From positions 107,480,372-107,544,371 of the forward strand of contig NC_090382.1 in the NCBI RefSeq assembly GCF_036365525.1: a DNA stretch of 64,000 nucleotides, in the 5' to 3' direction. The notes beneath the pieces were generated by a model that saw only the letters and a program-made list of their open reading frames with translations, did not search any database and had not been told where the DNA came from. Numbering within the stretch: position 1 is the first letter of the stretch; every line of letters begins with the position of its first letter. The stretch comes from Heterodontus francisci (Eukaryota). Shown here piece after piece: positions 51,101-60,417 of this stretch. The translations under genes and the position numbers were made by a program.

Positions 51101-54100
51101 TCAGTCACTGTTATTATGTTGGCCAAAATGCAACAACCAATGTAGCGCAGACCAAGATCCAGCAAAGAGAAAATCAGATGACTAGTCATTTAATGTGTCT
51201 TTGGTGATGTTTTTCCATTCACAGAAGTGAAAGTTCTTTTCTTTAATTTCTGAAAATTACCTTTGGTTGTTCCATCTTTGGGTCAATGTATGCAATGGGC
51301 ATGTCCATCATCATAGGCCTGATATGCATCATCGTTTTTGGCTCTGAAGAAATAAAATGCAATGAAATTTTTATTCGAACATCTTAGCGACAACACGGAC
51401 TTGGGAATCGTTCTTGTCCTGGAGTTTGGTTTTAGTTCAGCTTTGCGTCAGATTACTGTTGCTAACATTGTTTTCTCCACAATCTATTCACTGTTTGGTT
51501 AATGTTGTGTTATTCTGCCTCGAGGGCCCTCAGATTTATTTCGACTTTAACCAAAACAGTTCAATTTGAAAGATTGAAAAGGAAAGAGGATGTACGTACT
51601 GACGGGGCCCCTGCTTGATGAGTATTTGTTTTCAATTCTATCTGTTGTCTTCTGCAGATCCGTTATCTTGCCCTGTTGTTTCAGCAAGAACATAACAGAG
51701 ACAACTTGCCCAGCGATCAGCATAGCTGCCAACACGGTCACACCAGTCCAAAGGAGGCTTCGAGAGCATTTGCTGTTGCTGAAATATAGACCAGACAAGA
51801 TGGAAGAATGTCTTAACGCTCTATAAGGTCTAAAGGGCTGTCAAACTCTATCTGGATGTATTCCTGAAGATTCCATCACATGACCTTTTACCCTCCAACT
51901 GCTCCCATCTCCCACGTTCTACCGCTATTGGTCGCCCAACATGTCCATTCTTGCAGTGTTCCACCTTCCCACGGCCAATTGGGAAGTCAACAGACTCTTC
52001 GTTACTTGTTTGGATGATTGTTAACTGTCGACCAAACAGCCTTTGCTTACACACCCCCATCTCCAACATTTTTATAACTGAGAATAAAAGTGTTAAAAGA
52101 ATCTGGAGGTTAATCGTCAGTTCCTGCAAATTCCAGGGCAATCCTGGAGGGCTGACGCCCCTACTAAGGTCTCCCCTTGTCTTAACTCTAATCTTTCTTT
52201 ATAACTCAATCATCTAACAACTAGGGATTAGTCTTTTGGCTGCTCCCCATATCCCTTCCAGGACTGTTTGCCCCTGTGTCTGACCAGAGAATGAAAGTGT
52301 TTCAGTGTAACAGACTCAGATTCGTGATCTATTGATCAGGAGACACAGCTCAGCTCCCTATTTTTGCATTCATGCTGTTCTGCAATAGGTGGTTAAGTCT
52401 CCTCTCATCTCCAAATCTCTTTCAACCTCTCCTCTAGTTAGTTCATTACCATTCAATGAGTTACTGCAGCTGCCCATTCTTTCCCCCAATGTGTAAGATC
52501 TTGCATCTTGATCATGATTGAACTTGTTCTGTCAAGTATTATTGGATGTTGTCCAGTGGGATAATTCCTTGCCTGTTTCATTATACTGAAAATTATCTGA
52601 GAACTTGACCAATCGACATCGTGTTTCTAGAATTCAGGTTTTTGCAGGTCAAAGATTGGACTTGGTGATTTATTAAAAAAATACATATCAGTTTCAATGG
52701 ATAATTGTGGAACTGAGTCACAAAGGATCAAGAAAGTCCCAAGGATTTCTCCACTCAGCTAGTGCTAACAATGGACCATTGTCACAGTGGTACAAGGGGC
52801 AATGGTCACTGGGCTAACAAGGGGCAATGGTCACAGTGATACAAGTGGTAATGGCCACTGGAACAACAAGGGGCAAAGGTCAATGTGCTAACAATGGGCA
52901 ATAGTCATTGGGCTAACAAGGTACAATGGTCACTGGGCTAACAATAGGCAATAGTCACTGTGGTAACAAAAGGAAATGGTCAATGTGCTAACAAGGGGTA
53001 ATGATCAATTTGAGGAACACAGAACCCTTGGAGAGTTTTGGGCTGGAGGAGTTTACAGAGATGCTGGGGGTGGGTTGTGGGGGGTGTTGCCGTTGGGGGT
53101 GAAACCATGGACGGATTTGAACAGGAGGATGAGAATCCATTAGTTACAGGCCCAAGGTTATTTTTCGACTAGGTAATCAACAAGTGGCCATTTTGTTTGA
53201 TTTGTATGAAGCAGTTTCTTGAATAAGGATTGTGCTAATGACTCATTTTATATTTTACTAAGGATGTTATCAAAAATTGGACCATGACATGGAAATCCCC
53301 TCCTGTCTAAAAGTGAAACCATCACAACTGGCAGTCAGGGCTTCAGGAAACTTCCACTGCTCTGTAAAGTAATTCAAGGGACATCTAATCAATATTTGTT
53401 GCTTAACCAACATCAGTAAAACAGATATCCTGACCATTACCTCAGTGTTGTCGGTGGGACCTTGCAGTGTGCGCAAAATAGCAGTTGCATTTCCCTCATT
53501 ACAGCCGTGACTGCAATTCAGCAAGTATTTCATTGTCTGCAAAGTGCCTTAGGACATAACGAGATCGTGAAAGTTGCTATAGAAATGCAAGCCTCTCTTT
53601 CAACTAGAGATGGGCAGCAAATGATGGCCTTGATGGCATTACCCACATCCTAAACATGAATTTTAAAACATGCAATTATATAGTGTTTTATCATGCCAAA
53701 ATGTCTCAAACATGTTTCACAGTATGTATTAGGGAGTGACTTTATGCAGGCAACTGCCAGTTTATACCAGTATGTCAAAGACGCCAATATTTTGATCTGC
53801 TGTACTTGCTTGAGAAAAACCATCAAGAGCAGTCCATGAGACAAAGTAAGGGTAAGAAAATGATTTTAAAATGATCAAATGTCCTGGGTGACAAATCGGA
53901 GAGAATGTTTTTTTTTTAAATGAGGTAAACATTGTACCATTCACACTCCCTGCATCACCACATAACGGGTGGTCCTCGTCAAAGTGGACCGATCATCCAT
54001 TATAGAGCCCGTCCAATTCCATCCCATTAAGATAACTGAGCAGGTTCTATAATGTGTGGGGGTACAATTCGTTCTACCGGATTACTGTCCGTTTGGGAGG

Positions 54101-57100
54101 GAAGAGAGTTTACCCCAATGCTGTGAGTTTATAAGATCGACTTAAATATTCAAAGCGGTTATAGAATCATGTCGCGGGAGACGAGGCCACTTTGCAGGAG
54201 CGAGGCCTTCGGGTTAATTTAATTATAATCTTTAAATTATGTTGCGATGTGTATATATACTCATATTTTTTTTTCCAAAAAGGAAACCAGTATTAAGTGC
54301 CCAGGGTTCCACGAGATAGAATCTTATAGCACTGAAGAAGACCATTCGGCCCATTGCGCCTGTGCCAGCTCTTTGAAAGAGCTATCCAATTTAGTCCCAC
54401 TCCCCAGCTTTTCCCCCCAGAGTTAGTCCTCTTGTTCTGGTTGCTGTGCACTTATAAGGAACACACGAAGGGGATAACAGAGTAATTAGAATCAGAGACA
54501 ATAAAGATTTCCTCCACTCACTGAGCACCAAAAGGTGAAGGGATGAGTGGCTAAATTCAAGATATAGGAAACCATTATGAGTAAAGGGAAAAAAAATACA
54601 AGACTGTAGAACATAGAACAGTACAGCACAGTACAGGCCCTTCGGCCCACGATGTTGTGCCGAACCTTTAACCTATTCTAAGATCAAACTAACTACCTAC
54701 CCTTCATTCTACTATCATCCATGTGTAGGTATTTTCACAGCTGAATTCACCCTTATTAGAATTAAATTAAGATTTTTGATTAATCTTGTTGAGTAAATTA
54801 TTTACCAAAATTATTATACCCTCCTCAGTTTTCATAATTTCTATGCTGCAACCTTTGACAGAATTACAGCCATTTTAGAGTCATTGAAAGGCTTTTTATT
54901 TCTCGGAAACAATTCTCAAACAAAATGGCCACTTATTGATTACCCAGTCGAAAAATAATCTTGGGCCTCTGCTTAATGGATTATATGTGACTGCTCTGCA
55001 TTCTGTGGGGACAAACTTCATGGAAATTCCTTCCCGGACCAGATTAAAATAAGATATCTCAAAGAATAGCAGGGCGGCCATTTTGTTTGACATCAATCTC
55101 AGAGCTGGTTAATAAGACTGTGCTCGCATTAGCCCTTCCTGTTTTTGATGACTGCATTCTGGTTAGGAGCTGAGTACCTAATTTTATTTTAACCTGGTAT
55201 TAATGAAATCCGAGGGAGAGAGAAAGATTTTCAGGAAAGACGGGAGGTGCCAAATGCACCCCAATCTACGTTCAATACCAAACAAAGCTAATATAAGGTA
55301 GACTCAATGCACTTCTGTCCGCTGATCAATACCCCACCCTCCAAACTCATCCACTCCCCCAGAGCTAAAAGCCTTCCCAATACCAACCCAACCAAATCCA
55401 AATACCTCAATACTATAATATTTCAAAGCAAATCCCTTCTGGGACAATGGCAACTGAAGGTACCAAGATTCAACTAGAAATTAAAATGTTTGTAAGTACT
55501 TCAAAAAAAAAGTTTGTTGAAAAAATACGCACTCGTCCAAACTGGACGATCCGGTTTGTACCTGGAGTCAGATTCACCTTAATCTTAGGCATGACTGAAA
55601 GCTTTTCCCACCCAAAGGATTAAAGATACATAGAAAGTTCAGCAAGACCCTGGGGTCAGGAGGAAGAATCAAATTCAGCTAAAGACCTTGCTCCTGGCCA
55701 ATGCCCTTGCTCCTGGCCAATGCCCACACTGAACAATGCGTAATCAATAAGTGCTTTGTGTGTGTGTGTGCATGTGCGTATTTGTCTGTGTGGCACTGTG
55801 TGTGTCCGTGTCCATTCTTGTGGGGGATGTGCGTGTGCACGCATGTGGGTGTATGTGTCCGTGTGTTCATTTGCGTATATGTTTGTGTGGCTGTATATAG
55901 GTGTGTGTGAGGTAAGTGCAGCACTGAATTCACTTGCGATATCCCTTTTGTATTGACACTCACTGTCCGGGATCCCGAGTGAAAAATGCCTACTTATAGA
56001 TCATGAGGAAAGGAGTACATGTGAGGAAATGAAGACAAACCTCAGTGTCCTCAAACCATTAATATCAGCCTGGCTAAACCAATTAGAACAGAAATTTGTC
56101 AGAGAGAGAATAAATCAGGAGCTCCTCAAAGCTCACCAGTGACCTCTGTTGGAAGGATAGTGTGAGTGTGTGTGTGTGTATGTGTGTGAGTCTGAGTTTG
56201 TGTGTGAGTCTGAGTGTGTGGGCTTTATATGCATCAGTGAATTGGACAGACCATTTAAACCTGATAATGAATGATAAAACTGGGTGAGTGGTTGGGTTTG
56301 GGGGGGATTGATGTAAATTGATTGTGCGGAACTGTGCCACACTTCTGATCTTTTCCACAGCGCTAGTTTGATGTACAAAAGGGAGAGGATTGAGATTTAG
56401 CTTCAGGGAACACGGCAGACAATTTGTGCACAGCAAGATCCCACAAACAACAAGGTAATAATGACCAGATCAGAGAGGCTGACTCTTAAAGGACTCCAAT
56501 ATTTAAAACAAAAATAACTCCATTAAAAAAGTGAACAAAAAAAGTGAGCTCAGATATCACCCAAAAACTTTCAGATTCTGATCGAACTGCTGTTACCTTT
56601 TGACTTTAAGCACGTAAAATGGATGGTGTCACATATAAACTCTTGGTTGCCATCGTGTGGCCACTGAACTATCCCCAGAAAGTTTGAGAGCTGCCTTTTG
56701 TTCCCAGAACCTGGCTCAAGGTTTCAATTACACCTTGATGCAAAGATACAAGAGTTATAGCTGATAGAGAAAAGAATTACTGTCGCACCTTCCATGATCT
56801 CAGGTTATCGCAAGGAGTTTTACAGACAGTGATATTATTGAAGTGTAGTCACTGCTGTAATGTAGGGAACACGGCAGACAATTTGCACACAGCAAGATCC
56901 CACAAGCAACAAGGTAATAATGACCAGATAATTTTGTTTTTGTTGATGTTATTTGACCAGGAGACAAGGGAGCACGCCCCTGCTCTTCTTCAAATAGTGT
57001 CCCTGGGGTCTTTTACATCCACCTGAGAGATCAGATGTTTTACGTGCCTTAACCTATGGAGGCAAACACAACAAACCAACTTCCTTCACTGTCGTTGGGT

Positions 57101-57588
57101 CAAAATCCTGGAACTCCCTTCCTAACAGCACTCTGGGGGCACCTGCACCGCACGGATTGCAGCGGTTCAAGAAGGCGGGTCACCGCCATCTTCACAAGGG
57201 GCAAGCGACGGATGGGCAATAAATGCTGGCCTTGCCAGCGACACCCGCATCCGAAGAATGAGTTAACAAAAAAGACAATTCCCTGCAAGAGCCAGCAAGT
57301 AAGAGGCTGCCCCGTAACATCCTCAGGGGCCTCGCAGACTCCACTCTTCTAACTGGCTACACCTGCCAAAAATCCACTTGATTGTTAAAACACTAGACAG
57401 GAAAGCAAGTCTCTTCATTCTCTCACCAGAATTTCAACAAACAATTCCACACACATGAAAAAAAAATTGTTGATGCTCTGAACTTACCTCTGTCCAGTAG
57501 CCATTGTCCTGGTTTCCACATTGGAATTACTGACTAAATCTTGCTGCGAGTTATTCAGCAAAGAATTCTGTTGCTCGTCGGCCGACAT
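36106..57588 (-). CDS. CD74: CD74 / MHC class II invariant chain, complete spliced CDS (10 coding exons, 329 aa; 265 aa if the Tg exon is skipped)
   Basis: Exons 57488-57588, 51600-51778, 51261-51343, 49751-49813, 48726-48821, 46852-46966, 45190-45297, 40147-40338, 37822-37866 and 36106-36113 join through GT-AG introns into one open frame: MSADEQQNSLL...KCSRSLLWTGVTVLAAMLIAGQVVSVMFLLKQQGKI...MMHIRPMMMDMP...DWQDFESWLRNWLLFQL...CWCTYLNGTEIPGT...GLAAMD*. Domain order matches vertebrate CD74. Confidence 0.95.
37822..37866 (-). CDS. CD74: CD74 exon 9
   Basis: 45 nt, phase 1/1, (S)YRKANDMNMSGLAA; strong ggtttctttcaatcttcag acceptor and A|GTAAGT donor; contains a Ser-Gly as in the mammalian penultimate exon. 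Low sequence similarity, so called from splice signals and phase. Confidence 0.7.
39210..40075 (-). mobile_element. LINE family A 3' fragment in CD74 intron 8
   Basis: KCQAMIISSKRESNHLYLTFNGITITESPIINILGVTIDQKLNWTSH and the family A 3' UTR. Confidence 0.85.
40147..40338 (-). CDS. CD74: CD74 exon 8, thyroglobulin type-1 domain (p41-type alternative exon)
   Basis: 192 nt, phase 1/1: VATECEKRHQETQIVPGAFRPSCDEKGNYESKQCWPSTGYCWCTYLNGTEIPGTATRHRLEGCE; six Cys, QC and CWC motifs. Confidence 0.96.
40890..41998 (+). mobile_element. LINE family A 3' fragment in CD74 intron 7
   Basis: QDSVLGPTFSCFINDLPSIIKSEVGMFADDCTMF...QQDLDNIQAWADKWQVTF and the 3' UTR ending aatgaatactaaaaaaa. Confidence 0.85.
42504..42912. 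repeat. 58-bp minisatellite, 7 units
   Basis: ggagattaaatgggtgggtagagtccatgatagggtagagtgtacatgggctgtggga starting at 42504, 42562, 42620, 42678, 42736, 42794 and 42852; about 2 diverged units also at about 38090-38225. Confidence 0.95.
45190..45297 (-). CDS. CD74: CD74 additional linker exon 7 with a second CLIP-like motif
   Basis: 108 nt, phase 1/1, open frame (G)RRIYSSLAMKPMMVNLPLSTDPKEGQAPKVVRASR; acceptor catttctgtttgcaacag, donor G|GTAACT; similar to exon 3. Confidence 0.82.
46852..46966 (-). CDS. CD74: CD74 exon 6 (end of trimerisation domain and Pro-rich linker)
   Basis: DFESWLRNWLLFQLIQEKTPPTSAPKPQPEPEPKPIPS (human VFESWMHHWLLFEM); ctgtttacag acceptor, G|GTACGT donor. Confidence 0.93.
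47511..47877. mobile_element. hAT-type MITE inserted in a CR1 fragment
   Basis: 8-bp TSD ATCTGGAA (47503-47510 and 47878-47885), terminal inverted repeats TAAAGGC/GCCTTTA, and multiple subterminal acccga/tcgggt motifs. Confidence 0.8.
48726..48821 (-). CDS. CD74: CD74 exon 5 (trimerisation domain)
   Basis: 96 nt, KENTTEEIPEFNSTFAANFNLLKESMKESDWQ (human [32 protein letters not shown]); two N-glycosylation sequons. Confidence 0.92.
49751..49813 (-). CDS. CD74: CD74 exon 4
   Basis: 63 nt, APKPTSAKPLTLLEQVQELLK (human ...TEDHVMHLLQ); ttttttcacag acceptor, AAG|GTACTG donor; phase 0/0. Confidence 0.9.
51261..51343 (-). CDS. CD74: CD74 exon 3 (CLIP)
   Basis: KPKTMMHIRPMMMDMPIAYIDPKMEQPK is a Met-rich CLIP-like segment (human [20 protein letters not shown]); tttcttcag acceptor, AAG|GTAATT donor. 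Confidence 0.93.
51600..51778 (-). CDS. CD74: CD74 exon 2 (juxtamembrane Cys and type II transmembrane segment)
   Basis: SNSKCSRSLLWTGVTVLAAMLIAGQVVSVMFLLKQQGKITDLQKTTDRIENKYSSSRGPV aligns with human [37 protein letters not shown]; acceptor tatatttcag, donor A|GTACGT (phase 1). Confidence 0.95.
51830..52165. mobile_element. Old hAT-like MITE (related copy at about 34340-34695)
   Basis: Degenerate agggttg(g/c)caaccct-type termini and shared internal blocks (catcacatgacct, cattggtc, caatcctgga). Confidence 0.4.
52763..53010. repeat. ~25-bp degenerate minisatellite, about 10 units
   Basis: Consensus gctaacaaggggcaatggtcactgg. Confidence 0.85.
53230..53360. promoter_or_regulatory. Candidate intron-1 immune enhancer
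   Basis: AP-1 TGACTCA 53239-53245, kB GGGGATTTCC 53291-53300 (minus), IRF element AAAAGTGAAACC 53309-53320, kB-like GGAAACTTCC 53346-53355. Confidence 0.45.
55757..56220. repeat. (TG)n-rich low-complexity tracts
   Basis: Interrupted TG repeats at about 55757-55910 and 56160-56220. Confidence 0.8.
57488..57588 (-). CDS. CD74: CD74 coding exon 1 (cytosolic tail)
   Basis: GCA-ATG start; MSADEQQNSLLNNSQQDLVSNSNVETRTMATGQ; two leucine-based motifs (EQQNSLL, QQDLV; compare human DQRDLI); donor AG|GTAAGT, phase 2. Confidence 0.9.
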
Positions 57589-57599
57589 TGCGGACACTT

Positions 57600-57845
57600 T
57601 TCAACACAAACTCTGCCTGCTTGACTTTAGCGAGATACTTGTAGCACTGTCCACTCTGCACTGAAGACTTCTCTCTTATGCTGAGAGAGAGGTGTGTGCG
57701 CAGTGTGATCAAGGCTCTTTTTTTTAATCTCCACTCAGCTAACACCGAAGAGGAAGTTGGCACTGACTGGCTTGGAAAGTCCCTACCGTATTTAACAGAA
57801 CATACATCGATCTTAAATATAGGCACCTGGAGTGGTCAACCAGCC
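57600..57845 (-). promoter_or_regulatory. CD74 proximal promoter / 5' UTR
   Basis: Perfect kB site GGGACTTTCC (57774-57783, minus); PU.1/ETS box AGAGGAAGT (57749-57757); imperfect CCAAT/Y-like CTGACTGGCT (57763-57772); A/T tract at about 57718-57726; directly upstream of exon 1. Confidence 0.65.
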
Positions 57846-58479
57846 CTGGCTCAGAGAGTAGCAGTCTCTCCCCTCTGAGTCAGAGATTTGTGGGTTCAGG
57901 TTCCGCCACAGGGGCTTGAGTACATAACCCAGGGCTGACACCTCCCAGTGCTGCACTGTTGGAGGTGCCGTCCTTTGCATGAGACATTAAACCTGGCCAT
58001 CCTCTCAGGTGGACGTTAAAGATATGAAAAAGAGCAAGGGGAGTTCTCTCTAGTCTCCTGGGCAATACTCATCCTTGAACCAACATTTCTTTATTTTTAA
58101 ATCCAGTCATTTATGTCATTGCTGTTTGTGGGATCTTGCTGTGCACAAAACTGGAAGCTGTTACAACAGTGGCAACATTTCAAAAGTACTTCATTTTTAA
58201 AATTTCCAAAATATACTTTATTCATAAAAATCTGTAAAAAATACATTACCAAACAGTGCAAAGGAGATCAGTTTCCTTCAATACAATCATGAGTTGCCTC
58301 ACAACCCTTCCATTTCATTTGTCATGCCATATACACTTTTACATTTTACAGCAAATGAAAATTTTCCCGATACAGTTCGAGGGGTTTTCTATGGATCCAG
58401 CCCCTCCGTTCAGCTTGGTGGGGGGACCTTACACAGTGGTCTTTTTAGTGATATTGCTTGAGGGATAAATATTGGCCAG

Positions 58480-59190
58480 GATACCCCTCGAGCCTGCTCC
58501 GCCATTCAGTACGATCATAACTGATCTGATTGTGGCCTCAACTCCACTTTCCTGCCTGCCCCCCATAACCCTCGACTCCCTAGTAGTTCAAAAATCTGTC
58601 TTGAATATATTCAATGACCCAGCCTCCACTGCTCTCTGGGGAAGAGAATTCAAAAGACTAACGATTCTCTGAGAGAAGAAATTCCTCCTCATCTCCGTCT
58701 TAAATGGGCAACCCCTTATTTTGAAACTGTCCCCCTAGTTCTAGATTCCCCCACAAGGGAAACATCCTCTCAGCATCTACCCTGACAAGCCCATTCAGAA
58801 TCTCATCTTTCAATAAAATTACCTCTCATTCTTCTAAATTCCAATGAATTTGGCCCAACCTGCTCAACCTTTCTTCATTAGATAGCCCCTTTAACCCAGG
58901 AATCAATCTAGTGAACCTTTCTGAACTGCTTCCCTCCTTAAATAAGAAGACAAAAACTGTACACAGTACTCTAGGTGTGGTCTCACCAACGTCCTGAACA
59001 ATTGTAACAAGATTTCCTTACTTTTATACTCCATCCCCCTTGCAATAAAGTCCAACATTTCATTTACCTTCCTAATTACTTGCTGTACAACTTTTTGTGA
59101 TTCATGTAAGAGGACACCCAGATCCCTCTGTACCACAGCATTCTGCAGTCTCTCCCCATTTAAATAATATTCTGCTTTTCTATCCTTCCT
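58480..59190 (-). mobile_element. CR1 3' fragment
   Basis: YYLNGERLQNAVVQRDLGVL...LFRTLVRPHLEYCVQF. Confidence 0.8.
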
Positions 59191-60417
59191 ACAAAAACTC
59201 GAAAAACTGATGCCAAGATCCCCGTGTTGCTTCTTCTCCGGAAGGCCTGCCAAATCCGCTGCCAATAACCACTTAAGTGGGCAGCGGTGGGCCTTTCACA
59301 GGATCAAGGACCCTGGCGCTGGACAGCCTTGGAGAGCTGCCAGCTAATCAGAGACTGGCAGCTGCAGCGCCATCACGGAGGCGGAGGCTGATGCTGAGGA
59401 GCTCCTACCAGAGGCCAAGGAGCATCGCTGGACTCTGGCCACAGATACGTCAGGTGGGAGGGGTCATGGGAGAGGGGGGTGGGCAGCAAGGGGCAGGGGG
59501 TTGGCCCTCAGTGGGACCCCCGTTCCGATGCCAGGTCCCTTGTTCAGGCACTGTATGGGTTTAGGCCAGAGATTAGTCATAATCTCACTAAATGGGAGAA
59601 CAGGCTCGAGGGGCTAAATGGCCTAGTCCTGTTCCTATAGCACTGCAGGGTCAATTCAATGCTATGCTCCCCACTCTAAGGGATTGATAGGGCTGTAATG
59701 ATGCAATGCCATTCTGGGGCCCAGCTGCCTGCCCAGTGAGGCTGCGTCTGCAAGAATAGCTTCACCAATTTTACCCACCCAGCCTTTTCCTCCTCCCATC
59801 AGGGAATGTACTTACACTCTCAACAAGTAAATCTCTTTTTCAAAGCCTAGTTGGGTCAATAGGAAAAATCAGAGCCATTTTTTATACTTAGAACTTGGGC
59901 GTGGGTGGGGGTGAAATTGTTTGCTTGTGAGTTCTAATGCAAGCACGTCTCATTTCCCTGTCTGGCCTTGTTTAGTTTCTACTGAGTAAGAACATATGAA
60001 AGAACATAAGAAATAGGAGCTGGAGTAGGCCATTCGGCCCCTCAAGCCTGCTCTGCCCTTCAATAAAATCATGGCTGATCTTCTACCTCAACTCCACCTT
60101 CCTGCACTACCCCCATATTCCTTAATTCCCTTAGTGTCCAAAAGTCTATCGATCTCAGCCTTGAATATACTCTACGGCTCAGAATTGGTGATTCCTGGGG
60201 CAGAGAATTCCAAAGATTCATAACACCCCCTGTGCAGGAATTTCTCCTCATCGCAGTCCTAAATGGCTGAGCCCTTATCCTGAGACTGTGACCCCGTGTT
60301 CCAGATGCTCCAGTCAGGAGGAAACTGCCTCTCGGCCTTTGCTCTGACCAGCCACTTCAGAATTTTATATGTTTCAATTAGATCACCGATCACTCTTCTA
60401 AACTCCAGAGAATATAG

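Noticed and set aside
51380-51470. RFX X-box-like words (cttagcgacaac, gttgctaac) in intron 2
   Set aside because: No correctly spaced Y box nearby; the matches are too short to support an S-X-Y call.
55533-55594. Possible cassette or alternative first exon in intron 1 (MPKIKVNLTPGTNRIVQFGR|gtgcgt)
   Set aside because: 62 nt with a purine-rich acceptor; the ATG frame ends in phase 0, which is incompatible with exon 2 (phase 2).
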